From positions 1,767 to 65,766 of the forward strand of contig CAJJKI010000003.1 of NCBI GenBank assembly GCA_905188025.1: a DNA stretch of 64,000 bases, read 5' to 3'. A program made the translations under genes and the position numbers. How positions within the stretch are numbered: position 1 is the first letter of the stretch; every line of letters begins with the position of its first letter. This DNA is from an uncultured Eubacteriales bacterium. Lineage in GTDB: Bacteria; Bacillota_I; Bacilli_A; RF39; UBA660. This document shows positions 25,457-34,987 of this stretch, piece by piece. A model generated the notes under the pieces. The model worked only from the letters and a program-made list of their open reading frames with translations, was not told the DNA's origin and ran no database searches.

Positions 25457-25711
25457 ATGGAAGAGAAAGTAAGAAAGTTAATTGAAGGAGAAGTAAACAA
25501 ATTAGGAATATCTATTGATAGTGTTGTTTATGAAAAAGAAGGTGGTAACTATTTTTTAAGAATTGTTATTGACCGTGATGAAATTATTGATATTGATACT
25601 TGTGTAGAAGTAACTAATATAATTAATCCTTTGTTAGATCAAAGCGATATTATTAGTGATAGTTATATTCTTGATGTATCAACTAAAGAGAAGGGTGGTA
25701 AAGATGAATAG
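25457..25711 (+). CDS. rimP: Ribosome maturation factor RimP, N-terminal domain only (84 aa)
   Basis: LGISIDSVVYEKEGGNYFLRIVIDRDE.IDIDTCVEVTNIINPLLD....SDSYILDVST matches the RimP N-domain up to the usual LEVSSPG motif. The frame then stops, 8 nt after the nusA ATG. Confidence 0.7.
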   Translation: MEEKVRKLIEGEVNKLGISIDSVVYEKEGGNYFLRIVIDRDEIIDIDTCVEVTNIINPLLDQSDIISDSYILDVSTKEKGGKDE

Positions 25712-26762
25712 TAAACAAGCAAAAGAATTTATGAAAGCAGTAGATGCTATGGTAGCCGAAAAGGGTATTGATAAGGCTATTATTATTGAAGCAATGGAAG
25801 CTGGTATGGCTAATGCCTATAAGAAAAATACTGGTATGGCTAATGTTAAAGCTAAAGTTAATCCTGAGACAGGACAAATTAAGTTATATACTTATAAGAC
25901 TGTAGTAGAAGAAGTAATTGATGAGGATACGCAAATATCTCTTGAAGATGCTAGAAAGATTGTAGATGATATACAATTAGAGGAAACTATTGATACAGAA
26001 GTTAAGATCATTCCAGAAGAGTTTGGAAGAGTAGCTGTAGGTGCTGCTAAACAAATTATTGTACAAAAAGTTAAAGAAGCTGAAAAGAATCTTATTAATG
26101 AAGAGTTTAAGGATAAACAAGATGAAATTCTTATTGGTACTTTATCTAGGGAAGACGCTAAGAATTATTATGTTGACTTAGGAAGAGCTCATGGAGTATT
26201 ACCAAAAGATGAAATTATTCCTGGAGAGAAACTAGTAATGGGATCTTCTATAAAGGTATATGTTTCTAAGATAGAGATTGGTACTAAAGGGGTATTTATC
26301 TTATTATCTAGAAGTCATTATGGATTTGTAAAGAGATTACTTGAAAATGAGATACCTGAACTTAGTGATGGAACTGTTATTTTATATTCAGTAGCAAGAG
26401 ATGCTGGTAATAGAAGTAAGATTGCAGTATATACTGAATATGATAAAGTTGATCCAGTAGGAGCTATTATTGGAGAAAAAGGATCAAGAATTAATCGTGT
26501 ACTTAGTCAATTAAATGGAGAAAAAATAGATGTAATTTTATATGATAAGGATCCTGTTAAATTTATTCAAAATGCATTAAGTCCTGCTAAGAATGTAGAA
26601 GTTAGAATTGTTGATGAGAAAAATAGGGAAGCACTTGCTATTGTTAATGATGAGAATTCTTCTTTAGCTATTGGTAAGAAAGGACAAAATGTTAAATTGG
26701 CGTCTAGACTTACGAAGTATAAAATTGCCATTAAAAAGGCAGGGGAGTTAAATGAAGAATAA
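25704..26762 (+). CDS. nusA: Transcription termination/antitermination factor NusA
   Basis: The start at MNSKQAKEFMKAVDAMVAEKGIDK follows GGTGGTAAAG. S1 and two KH regions are present (GAIIGEKGSRI, AIGKKGQNVKLASRL). The ORF-track frame extends upstream to 25656. Confidence 0.95.
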   Translation: MNSKQAKEFMKAVDAMVAEKGIDKAIIIEAMEAGMANAYKKNTGMANVKAKVNPETGQIKLYTYKTVVEEVIDEDTQISLEDARKIVDDIQLEETIDTEVKIIPEEFGRVAVGAAKQIIVQKVKEAEKNLINEEFKDKQDEILIGTLSREDAKNYYVDLGRAHGVLPKDEIIPGEKLVMGSSIKVYVSKIEIGTKGVFILLSRSHYGFVKRLLENEIPELSDGTVILYSVARDAGNRSKIAVYTEYDKVDPVGAIIGEKGSRINRVLSQLNGEKIDVILYDKDPVKFIQNALSPAKNVEVRIVDEKNREALAIVNDENSSLAIGKKGQNVKLASRLTKYKIAIKKAGELNEE

Positions 26763-27015
26763 AAAGATACCTATGAGAAGTTGTATTGTAACTAGAGAAA
26801 GATTACCTAAAGGAGAATTATTAAGGGTAGTGAAAAGTCCTACGGGAGAAGTTTTAGTAGATACAACGGGAAAGATTAATGGTAGAGGAGCATATATTAA
26901 AAAAGATATAGAAGTTTTAGAGAAAGCTAAGAAAAGTAAAATATTAGAGAGGATATTGGAAACGGAAATATCTGATTCTGTATATGATGAGATTTTAAAA
27001 ATAATAAATAATTAG
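26752..27015 (+). CDS. ylxR: YlxR/RnpM family RNA-binding protein (DUF448)
   Basis: 87 aa. PMRSCIVTRERLPKGELLRVV...GRGAYI signature. Overlaps the nusA stop. Confidence 0.85.
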   Translation: MKNKKIPMRSCIVTRERLPKGELLRVVKSPTGEVLVDTTGKINGRGAYIKKDIEVLEKAKKSKILERILETEISDSVYDEILKIINN

Positions 27016-27028
27016 GAGGTGTTTTAAT

Positions 27029-29161
27029 ATGATGAGCGTATTAGAATATGCAAATGATGTTAACAAAAGTGTAGAATTTATATTTAGTTTATGTAAAAAA
27101 TTAGATATAGATGTTAATCAGGAAGATGATATGCTTCAGGATGATGATATAATACTTCTTGATAATGAAATAGAAAATACTGATGAAGCACTTGAAGTTA
27201 ATGAAGAAGAGGCAACTTTAGAAAGTGAAGATTTTGATGATTCTTATGAAGAGGAATTGGAAGAAGTTAAAGTTGTAGCTACTGTTAAAAAGAAGAAAAA
27301 GAATCCTAAAAAAGATAATAAAGATAATAAAGATAATAAAGATGAATATGCTATGCAAAAGAAAGAAATGTATAAGCATAAAGAGAAATTACAATCTAAT
27401 ATTAATACTGAAGATGATTCTATTGTGTTATATACTGAAGGGATGAGTGTAGCAGATTTTGCTAATGTACTTGGAAAGAATGTTGCTGAGATAATTAAGA
27501 AATTGATGGGATTAGGAAAGATAATGAATCTTAATGCCACTATTGATTTTGAAACAGCTGAAATATTAGCTTTAGAGTTTGGTAAGACTTTAAAGAAGGA
27601 TACTACTAGGGATGAAGCTAATTTTGAAGAGTTAGAGATTATTGATGAAGAGAAAGATTTAAGAGAGAGACCTCCAGTAATTACTATTATGGGACATGTT
27701 GATCATGGTAAGACTACTCTTTTGGATACTATTAGAAAGACTAATGTTGTAGCGGGAGAAGCTGGAGGAATTACTCAACATATTGGGGCTTATCAAATTA
27801 TTTATAAGGATAAACCAATTACATTTATTGATACTCCTGGACATGCTGCTTTTACTGAGATGAGAGCTAGAGGAGCTAGTATTACTGATATTGTTATTAT
27901 TATCGTAGCAGCTGATGATGGGGTTATGCCTCAAACAAGAGAAGCTATTGATCATGCTAAAGCCGCTGGTGTACCTATTGTAGTAGCAGTTAATAAGATT
28001 GATAAACCTAATGCTAATCCTGAGAGAGTTCTTACGGAAATGAGTCAAAATGGAGTTACACCTGATACTTGGGGGGGAGATACTTTATTTGTTAATATTT
28101 CTGCTAAGACTGGTGAAGGTATTGATGAATTATTAGATAATTTATTATTAATTGCAGAGATGCAGGAACTTAAAGCTAATCCTAATAGATATGCATCTGG
28201 TACGGTTATTGAATCTAAGATGGATAAGTCTCTTGGAGTAGTTAGTACAATACTTATTCAAAATGGTACTTTAAGATTAGGAGATGCTATTGTAGTAGGA
28301 AATAATGCTGGTAAAGTTAGAACGCTTAAGAATGATAAGGGAGAAAACTTGGTAGAGGCTACTCCTTCAATGCCAGTATCTATTACAGGTATTAGTGATA
28401 GTCCTTCGGCTGGAGATAAGTTTATGGCTTTTGAGAGCGAGAAGAAAGCTAAGGCAATTGCTGAAGAGAGAAAATTAGCTGCTAAGAAGAAGAATGCTAA
28501 TAATGGTGGATCTGTATCTTTAGATGATTTATTTAATAGAATTGAAGCTGGAGAAAAAGAGATTAATGTTGTTTTGAAAGCGGATGTTAAGGGTAGTGAA
28601 GAGGCAGTTAAGAATTCATTACTTAAATTAGATGTTGAAGGAATTAGAGTTAATGTTATTAGAAGTAGTATTGGGGCTATTACAGAAAGTGATGTTGTTC
28701 TTGCAGCTGCTTCTAAGGCAATTATTATAGGATTTAATATTAGACCTAATAATAAGATAGTGGAATATGCTAAAGAGAAGGGTGTAGATATTAGATTATA
28801 TAACATTATATATAAAGTAGTTGAAGAAATGGAAGCTGCTATGAAAGGTAAACTAGAGCCTATTTTTGAAGAGAAGGTTTTGGGACAGGCGGAAGTTAGA
28901 AAACTATTTAAATTCTCTAAAGTAGGAACGATTGCTGGTAGTTATATTACTTCAGGTATTATTAAAAGAGATGCTAAGGCAAGAGTTATTCGTGATGGTG
29001 TAGTAATATATGATGGTAATATTAATTCAATAGCACGTGAGAAAGATCAAGTAAAAGAAGTTAAACAAGGTATTGAGTGTGGTATTACTATAGAAAATTA
29101 TAATGATATTAAAGAGGGCGATATTATTGAAGCCTATGAAGTAGTGGAGGTAGCGAGATAA
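27029..29161 (+). CDS. infB: Translation initiation factor IF-2
   Basis: 710 aa. GHVDHGKTTLLD, DTPGHAAF and NKID in the G domain. Acidic/basic low-complexity N-terminus. SD GGAGGTG. Confidence 0.95.
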   Translation: MMSVLEYANDVNKSVEFIFSLCKKLDIDVNQEDDMLQDDDIILLDNEIENTDEALEVNEEEATLESEDFDDSYEEELEEVKVVATVKKKKKNPKKDNKDNKDNKDEYAMQKKEMYKHKEKLQSNINTEDDSIVLYTEGMSVADFANVLGKNVAEIIKKLMGLGKIMNLNATIDFETAEILALEFGKTLKKDTTRDEANFEELEIIDEEKDLRERPPVITIMGHVDHGKTTLLDTIRKTNVVAGEAGGITQHIGAYQIIYKDKPITFIDTPGHAAFTEMRARGASITDIVIIIVAADDGVMPQTREAIDHAKAAGVPIVVAVNKIDKPNANPERVLTEMSQNGVTPDTWGGDTLFVNISAKTGEGIDELLDNLLLIAEMQELKANPNRYASGTVIESKMDKSLGVVSTILIQNGTLRLGDAIVVGNNAGKVRTLKNDKGENLVEATPSMPVSITGISDSPSAGDKFMAFESEKKAKAIAEERKLAAKKKNANNGGSVSLDDLFNRIEAGEKEINVVLKADVKGSEEAVKNSLLKLDVEGIRVNVIRSSIGAITESDVVLAAASKAIIIGFNIRPNNKIVEYAKEKGVDIRLYNIIYKVVEEMEAAMKGKLEPIFEEKVLGQAEVRKLFKFSKVGTIAGSYITSGIIKRDAKARVIRDGVVIYDGNINSIAREKDQVKEVKQGIECGITIENYNDIKEGDIIEAYEVVEVAR
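27311..27343 (+). repeat. 9-bp tandem repeat AAAGATAAT x3.5 within infB (encodes KDNKDNKDNKD)
   Basis: Read directly: aaagataat aaagataat aaagataat aaagat, in frame. Confidence 0.85.
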
Positions 29162-29913
29162 TGGCAAAGATAGAGAATAGTGCTGATAGAAATTATTATA
29201 ATGGAAGGGATATGTCTATTAATAGTGCTGCTAGTGAGACAGCAAGGAAGGCTCGTATTGAAAAATATAGGGCTAGTGATAGACCTAGTTATCAAGATGA
29301 ACAAAATAAGTTTGAACAAATGGAAGAAGGTACTAGATTATTTAAATCTGGAGTTGAATATACAAATGAGGAACTTAGAGGAAAAGGATTCTATGTACTT
29401 AGACAATATTTAATTGAAGCTAGAAGGCATGAGGCTGCACTATATAGTTATGATTATGGAAAGAAAGCTTATGGTGAAGGGAAGAAGCTTGAGGATGTTA
29501 GTCAAATTTATCATAAAAATGAAAACTTTTTGAAAGGATACTGTGAAGAGGCTGGTAGAGACTTATATAGACAAGGAAAAGATATATCTGAAGCTGATAG
29601 TTTTTATCAAGAAGTATTTAATGTAGATAATTTTACTAGTGGATATTTTGATGAATATGCTAGTGATTGGTTTAAAGCTGGTAAATCTTTAGCTGATGCT
29701 AATCAAGAGTTACTTAATAATAAACATTTCTTAGAAGGATATTGGAGAGCTCTTGGTAGAGATTGGTTTAATCAAGGAAAGAAACTCGAAGATGAAGAGG
29801 TTAAAGAATATGTACCAGAAGTTGATTATTTAAAAGCTTACTTTGAGATTAATTTCTTGAAGGGATATCAAGAAGCTGAGAAAAAGGTACAAAAAGATAA
29901 TATAACTAGATAA
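29161..29913 (+). CDS. Hypothetical repeat protein (250 aa) between infB and rbfA
   Basis: The ATG overlaps the infB stop (TAATG). Four ~33-aa repeats: [NH]F[LT].GY-x5-6-D[LW][YF]..GK (NFLKGYCEEAGRDLYRQGKD, NFTSGYFDEYASDWFKAGKS, HFLEGYWRALGRDWFNQGKK, NFLKGYQEAEKK). No family recognised. Confidence 0.6.
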   Translation: MAKIENSADRNYYNGRDMSINSAASETARKARIEKYRASDRPSYQDEQNKFEQMEEGTRLFKSGVEYTNEELRGKGFYVLRQYLIEARRHEAALYSYDYGKKAYGEGKKLEDVSQIYHKNENFLKGYCEEAGRDLYRQGKDISEADSFYQEVFNVDNFTSGYFDEYASDWFKAGKSLADANQELLNNKHFLEGYWRALGRDWFNQGKKLEDEEVKEYVPEVDYLKAYFEINFLKGYQEAEKKVQKDNITR

Positions 29914-29939
29914 TATATTTGATCAGAGGAGGTAAGACA

Positions 29940-30284
29940 ATGAGTGTTAAATTAGAAAGGCTTAATAATACTTTTGTAGAAAAAATTAGTGAAATATTAC
30001 ACGATGAGATAAAGGATAAAGAAGTTAAGTTTGTAACTATTACTGAAGTTAGGATTACAAGTGATTTATCTTATGCTAAGGTATATTTTACTACTCTTGA
30101 TGAAGATAAGAAGAAAGTAGAGAACTCTCTTAATAAGGCTAGTGGTTTTATTAGAAGTTGTCTATGTGATAAGGTACAAATTAGAAAGATGCCGGAAATA
30201 CATTTTGTTTATGATGAATCGATTGAATATGGTAAAAAAATTGATGATATAATTGAGAGGATTAATAATGAAAAGCAAAATTAA
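29940..30284 (+). CDS. rbfA: Ribosome-binding factor A
   Basis: MSVKLERLNNTFVEKISEILHDEIKD...VTITEVRITSDLSYAKVYF. The ATG at 29940 follows GGAGG; the track frame opens at 29919. Confidence 0.9.
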   Translation: MSVKLERLNNTFVEKISEILHDEIKDKEVKFVTITEVRITSDLSYAKVYFTTLDEDKKKVENSLNKASGFIRSCLCDKVQIRKMPEIHFVYDESIEYGKKIDDIIERINNEKQN

Positions 30285-31233
30285 AGAACTTATTGAAAGT
30301 AGTAAGTCAATAGGGTTATTAGCTCATGAAAATCCGGATGGAGATGCTATAGGTTCGCTTATAGCTTTTTACCTTATTTTAAGAGATATGAATAAGGATG
30401 TAGAGGTAATAGCTAGTAAGATACCAGAAAGATTTAAGTATTTAGAAGATATTGACAAAATTGTTGATAATAGTCAGAAGAATTTTGATCTAGTGATTGT
30501 TTTAGATTGTGCTTCAAAGAAGAGAATAGGACAAATCGACAATATTGTTGATAGAGCTTCACAGGTAATAGTTATTGATCATCATGTAAGTAATACTTTA
30601 TATGGAGATATTAATTATATTGAAGGGAATACTTCTTCTTGTGCACAGGTACTTTATTATTTATTTAAAGAATGGAAATGGAATATCAACAAGGAATGTG
30701 GAAAAGCTTTAATGACGGGAGTTCTTACGGATACTAGTGGATTTAAGAATGATAATGTTGATAAGAATACTTATTTGATGGCGGCAGAGATGCTTGATGT
30801 GGGTATTGATATATATAATTTACAAAGAGAAGTATTAACTATTGTTACTAAGCCTCAACTAGAACTTAAGAGGATTGCTTTGGATAGACTTGAATTTTTT
30901 GATAATGGAAAGATTGCTTTTTCTTATGTTACAAAGAAGGATATGGATAGTGTAGGTGCAATGGTAGGAGATCACGAAGGGTTAGTGGAAATAGGAAGAG
31001 ATATTATTGGAGTAGAGGTATCAATATTTATGAGAGAAGATGAGGGATTCAAGATATCGCTTAGATCTAATGGTAGTGTTAAGGTAAATGAAATAGCGGA
31101 ATTCTTTGATGGAGGAGGTCATGAAATGGCTGCTGGTTTAAATATAGATAAGAATTTAGAGGACGCTAAGAATGATATTATTAGAGAGACTATGAAGGTT
31201 GTAGATAGGTATGAATGGAATACTAATAGTTAA
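30268..31233 (+). CDS. nrnA: DHH/DHHA1 phosphoesterase NrnA (oligoribonuclease / pAp phosphatase)
   Basis: HENPDGDAIGS, DHH (VIDHHVSN) and GGGHEMAAG motifs. Start taken at MKSKIKELI. Confidence 0.8.
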   Translation: MKSKIKELIESSKSIGLLAHENPDGDAIGSLIAFYLILRDMNKDVEVIASKIPERFKYLEDIDKIVDNSQKNFDLVIVLDCASKKRIGQIDNIVDRASQVIVIDHHVSNTLYGDINYIEGNTSSCAQVLYYLFKEWKWNINKECGKALMTGVLTDTSGFKNDNVDKNTYLMAAEMLDVGIDIYNLQREVLTIVTKPQLELKRIALDRLEFFDNGKIAFSYVTKKDMDSVGAMVGDHEGLVEIGRDIIGVEVSIFMREDEGFKISLRSNGSVKVNEIAEFFDGGGHEMAAGLNIDKNLEDAKNDIIRETMKVVDRYEWNTNS

Positions 31234-32068
31234 TAAAGAGGCTGGATATACTAGTAGAGATGTTGTTAATTTGATAGGTAAGAAGTTTAATACCAGGAAA
31301 GTCGGACATACTGGGACGCTTGATCCTAGTGCTACAGGTGTATTAGTGGTATGTATAGGAAAAGCTTTAAAGGTATGTGAATTATTAACTAGTAATGAAA
31401 AGGAATATATAGCAGGAGTTACTTTAGGGATAGAGACAGATACTTTGGATATGGATGGTAGTATTCTATCAACAGAAGTTGTTGATATAGAGAGGGATAA
31501 AATTAGAGAGGCTGTTGATTCTTTTAAAGGAATATATTTACAAGAAGTACCTAAGTATTCAGCTGTTAAAGTAAATGGAAGAAAATTATATGAATATGCT
31601 CGTCAAGGAATAGAAGTGAAGCTACCTAGGAAAGAAGTTAATATTGCTGATATTGAGATAGCTGATAAAATAGAATACAAGGATGGGAAAGTTTATTTTA
31701 AGATAAAATGTACTGTTAGTAAAGGAACTTATATTAGGAGTCTTGTGAGAGATATTGGAAATAAACTAGGAGTTAAGGCTGTTATGAATAGTTTAGAGAG
31801 AACAAGACAAGGAAAATTTAGTATTGATGAAGCTTATTCTTTGGAAGATATTATGAATGATAACTATAAATTAATTAAGATTGAGGATGCTTTAAGTGAA
31901 ATACCTAGAATGGTTGTAGATGATAAAGAAGCATTTAAGATTAATAATGGTGTAGTTATTAAGAAGTTTGATGATGAGGATGAGAAGTTTATTTTTGATA
32001 AAGATGGTCATTTATTAGCTTTATACAGGAATGAACAGTATAATGCAAGAGTTTACAAAATGTTTTAG
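31211..32068 (+). CDS. truB: tRNA pseudouridine-55 synthase
   Basis: 285 aa. MNGILIVNKEAGYTSRDVV....KVGHTGTLDPSATGVLVV catalytic Asp motif. Confidence 0.95.
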   Translation: MNGILIVNKEAGYTSRDVVNLIGKKFNTRKVGHTGTLDPSATGVLVVCIGKALKVCELLTSNEKEYIAGVTLGIETDTLDMDGSILSTEVVDIERDKIREAVDSFKGIYLQEVPKYSAVKVNGRKLYEYARQGIEVKLPRKEVNIADIEIADKIEYKDGKVYFKIKCTVSKGTYIRSLVRDIGNKLGVKAVMNSLERTRQGKFSIDEAYSLEDIMNDNYKLIKIEDALSEIPRMVVDDKEAFKINNGVVIKKFDDEDEKFIFDKDGHLLALYRNEQYNARVYKMF

Positions 32069-32170
32069 TAAACTCTTTTTTGTGTAAAATGGCTAATTTA
32101 ATGGGGTTTTCATATACTTATTGAGTAAATAATGCTATAATAATGGTGTAGATTTACATGAGGTGATGAG

Positions 32171-33475
32171 ATGAAACTTACAAGAGAAATTGTCAAAGAG
32201 ATATCACAAATTAAAGGGGAACCTGAATGGATGAAGGATTTTAGACTGAAGTCATTTGAGTCTTTTAGTAAGATAGATAATCCTAATTGGGCACCTAAAT
32301 TAGATGTCGACTTTGATAGTATTACATATTATAAGAAGAGAACTGAAGAACTTACTAATGATTGGGAAAAGATTAGTTGTGCTATTAGAAATGAATTTAA
32401 AGATCTTGGAGTAATTGATGCTGAGAGTAAATATTTAGATGGAATTGGGGCACAATATGATAGTGAAGTTATTTATCATAATATGATTAAAGAACTAGAA
32501 AATAAGAATGTTATATTTATGGATACTGATAGTGCTTTAAAGAAATATCCTGATTTATTTAAGAAATATTTTAATCATTTAGTTAAATATAATGAGAATA
32601 AATATACAGCTTTGAATGGTTGTGTATGGAGTGGTGGTACTTTTATATATATTCCTAAGAATACTAAGCTTGATAGGCCTTTACAAAGTTATTTTAGAAT
32701 TAATAGTAAGAATATGGGGCAATTTGAAAGAACTTTGATAATAGTAGATGATAATAGTGAGCTTCATTATATTGAAGGTTGTACTGCTCCGACTTATACT
32801 GAAGATGCTTTACATGCGGCAGTAGTAGAGATTTATGTTGGAAAGAATTCTAAATGTCGTTATACAACTATTCAAAATTGGTCTAGTGATGTATATAATT
32901 TAGTTACAAAAAGAGCTATTGTAGAAGAAAATGGACTAATGGAATGGATTGATGGTAATGTTGGATCTAAGACTAATATGAAATATCCTTGTTGTATTTT
33001 GAATGGGCCATATGCTAGAGGTAGTTGTATAACAGTAGCAGCTGCTGGTAAGGGACAAGTTCAGGATACAGGGGCAAAGATGATTCATTTAGCTCCTTAT
33101 ACTAAGAGTAATATTGTATCTAAATCTATTGCTTCTAATGGAGGTAATGCTACATATAGAGGTACAGTAAGAATTAGTAAACAGGCACATCATTCTATTA
33201 GTAATGTTAAATGTGATACGATTATTTTAGATGAAAAGTCAAAGAGTGATACAATACCAACAAATATTGTTGATAATAGTAGTTCTTATTTGGAACATGA
33301 AGCTACAGTATCTAAGATTGAAGAAGATAAATTATTTTATTTGATGAGTAGAGGTATTGATGAAGATAAAGCTAAAGAATTAATTATATTAGGATTTATT
33401 AATGCTTTTAGAGAAGAATTACCGATGGAATATGCTGTAGAGTTAAATAGATTATTAGCAGAGAATATAAGTTAA
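32171..33475 (+). CDS. sufB: Fe-S cluster assembly scaffold protein SufB (SufB/D family)
   Basis: 434 aa. The C-terminus [35 protein letters not shown]....[13 protein letters not shown] is the SufB signature. Confidence 0.85.
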   Translation: MKLTREIVKEISQIKGEPEWMKDFRLKSFESFSKIDNPNWAPKLDVDFDSITYYKKRTEELTNDWEKISCAIRNEFKDLGVIDAESKYLDGIGAQYDSEVIYHNMIKELENKNVIFMDTDSALKKYPDLFKKYFNHLVKYNENKYTALNGCVWSGGTFIYIPKNTKLDRPLQSYFRINSKNMGQFERTLIIVDDNSELHYIEGCTAPTYTEDALHAAVVEIYVGKNSKCRYTTIQNWSSDVYNLVTKRAIVEENGLMEWIDGNVGSKTNMKYPCCILNGPYARGSCITVAAAGKGQVQDTGAKMIHLAPYTKSNIVSKSIASNGGNATYRGTVRISKQAHHSISNVKCDTIILDEKSKSDTIPTNIVDNSSSYLEHEATVSKIEEDKLFYLMSRGIDEDKAKELIILGFINAFREELPMEYAVELNRLLAENIS

Positions 33476-33501
33476 ATTTTTTCTTAGATAAGGAGGCGAA
33501 A

Positions 33502-34752
33502 ATGAAAAAATTTTTATTAATTATTTTGATACTATTAATGGGATTTGGAGGATACTTATTATATGAAAGTAAGTTTAAAGAGAAAGTTCCTAAACTAGAG
33601 ATACAAGAAGAAGTTATTAATATTGATGAACTATATATATATGGGACTCATTTAAATTTACATGGGAATACGGTTAAAGGAAATGGACTTCAGTTAGTAC
33701 TATATAATGGTGAATTTAAAGAAGTTAGTATTAATATTGATAGTGATGAATTTAATTTGTCTGATAAAGTTAATGAAGGAATGTATTTAAATGAGATTCC
33801 TAGGGGAGAATATTTCTTGTTTTTAAGAAGTAAAGAGACAAATGAGAATGGAGACATTAGTTATAAATACTATTCATTAAAGAATAATACGGATTATAAA
33901 GAGACAGTTTATTACACATTAAGTAATACTAATAATAAGATTGTTATTAATAGTGAAGAGAGCTATCCGACAATGATGATGCATGTTACGGAGAATGTGG
34001 ATGATAATGTTTATGACGTGGTTATAGATCCAGGACATGGTGGTATGGATAGTGGTGCAAGTAAGAATGGACATAATGAAGAAGAGTTAACATTAGAGCT
34101 AGCTATGAAAGTTAAAGGGAAATTAGAAGCTAGTGGATTAAAGGTTAAACTAACTCGTGAAGAAGGGCAGTTAAATAAAAATGAAAAGTTAGCAGAATAC
34201 GGTGTACATGGAAGAGCAGTTATTCCTTATGAAGTTAAAGCTAAATATGTTTTCTCTATTCATTTTAATAGCAATACATATGCTTCCGTTCATGGACTTG
34301 AAGTGTATACTGCAGATAATATTAATTATGACTTAGCAAAAACTTTAGTTAAGAATATTACTGAAGAAACAGGGCTTCAATATTCTACTAATAAGATTAG
34401 TAAAGTAATGGACGGAATATATACTAGAACATTTACGGAAAGTGAGATTGAAAATTCACGTCAAGAAAATGAAGATAAAGATAAAGTTCCATATGATATA
34501 ACTACTAAATCTAATTACTATTATATTATTAGAGAAACAGGTGGTATTATTACTGGAGCTTATGTAGATAATAGAAATGAAGAAATTAAAGCAAATCCTT
34601 ATGTTAAGAGTAATATCGGTAGTGAAACATATTTGTTAGAACTAGGATATATATCTAATAAAAGTGATTTAGATAATTTAATTAATAATATGGATAAATA
34701 TGCTAGTGGTATTGCTAATAGTATTACACCACTATATAAAACTAGCAAATAG
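33502..34752 (+). CDS. Membrane-anchored N-acetylmuramoyl-L-alanine amidase (Amidase_3)
   Basis: 416 aa. N-terminal TM segment. VVIDPGHGGMDSGA, LTREEG, HFNS and E..Y.SN motifs in the C-terminal half. Confidence 0.8.
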   Translation: MKKFLLIILILLMGFGGYLLYESKFKEKVPKLEIQEEVINIDELYIYGTHLNLHGNTVKGNGLQLVLYNGEFKEVSINIDSDEFNLSDKVNEGMYLNEIPRGEYFLFLRSKETNENGDISYKYYSLKNNTDYKETVYYTLSNTNNKIVINSEESYPTMMMHVTENVDDNVYDVVIDPGHGGMDSGASKNGHNEEELTLELAMKVKGKLEASGLKVKLTREEGQLNKNEKLAEYGVHGRAVIPYEVKAKYVFSIHFNSNTYASVHGLEVYTADNINYDLAKTLVKNITEETGLQYSTNKISKVMDGIYTRTFTESEIENSRQENEDKDKVPYDITTKSNYYYIIRETGGIITGAYVDNRNEEIKANPYVKSNIGSETYLLELGYISNKSDLDNLINNMDKYASGIANSITPLYKTSK

Positions 34753-34776
34753 TGTAAAATTTGTGTTAAATTGATA

Positions 34777-34810
34777 AAAAACTAAATTTGTGTTTAGTTT
34801 TTTATTTTTT
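34777..34810 (+). terminator. Intrinsic terminator after the amidase gene
   Basis: AAACTAAA-tttgtg-TTTAGTTT followed by a T-run. Confidence 0.6.
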
Positions 34811-34987
34811 TGACAATTTTTGATATTTTGAAAAAATAGGTTAAAATTTAGAAAAAATTGTTTATATAAAAAAATGATATTTGGCAATTATTGTTAAATT
34901 GAATTTTTGACTTACAATTTTTGATTTTTAGTAATTTGATTGGTTTTTGAGATTATGCTATAGTGGCTTTGGAAAGGAGGAAAAGTA

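Noticed and set aside
25656-25703. Upstream extension of the nusA ORF in the track (MIVIFLMYQLKRRVVK...)
   Set aside because: It overlaps the rimP coding frame. The conserved NusA N-terminus begins at the ATG at 25704, which has its own SD.
28258-28806. 182-aa minus-strand ORF, plus 27244..27540 and 27659..28048
   Set aside because: All three are antisense inside infB, whose identity is certain. They are long open antisense frames of the kind common in AT-rich, purine-biased genes.
29180-29413. 77-aa ORF overlapping the start of the infB-rbfA repeat protein in another frame
   Set aside because: It lies wholly inside the longer frame, which has the coupled start and the internal repeat structure. 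It has no SD of its own.
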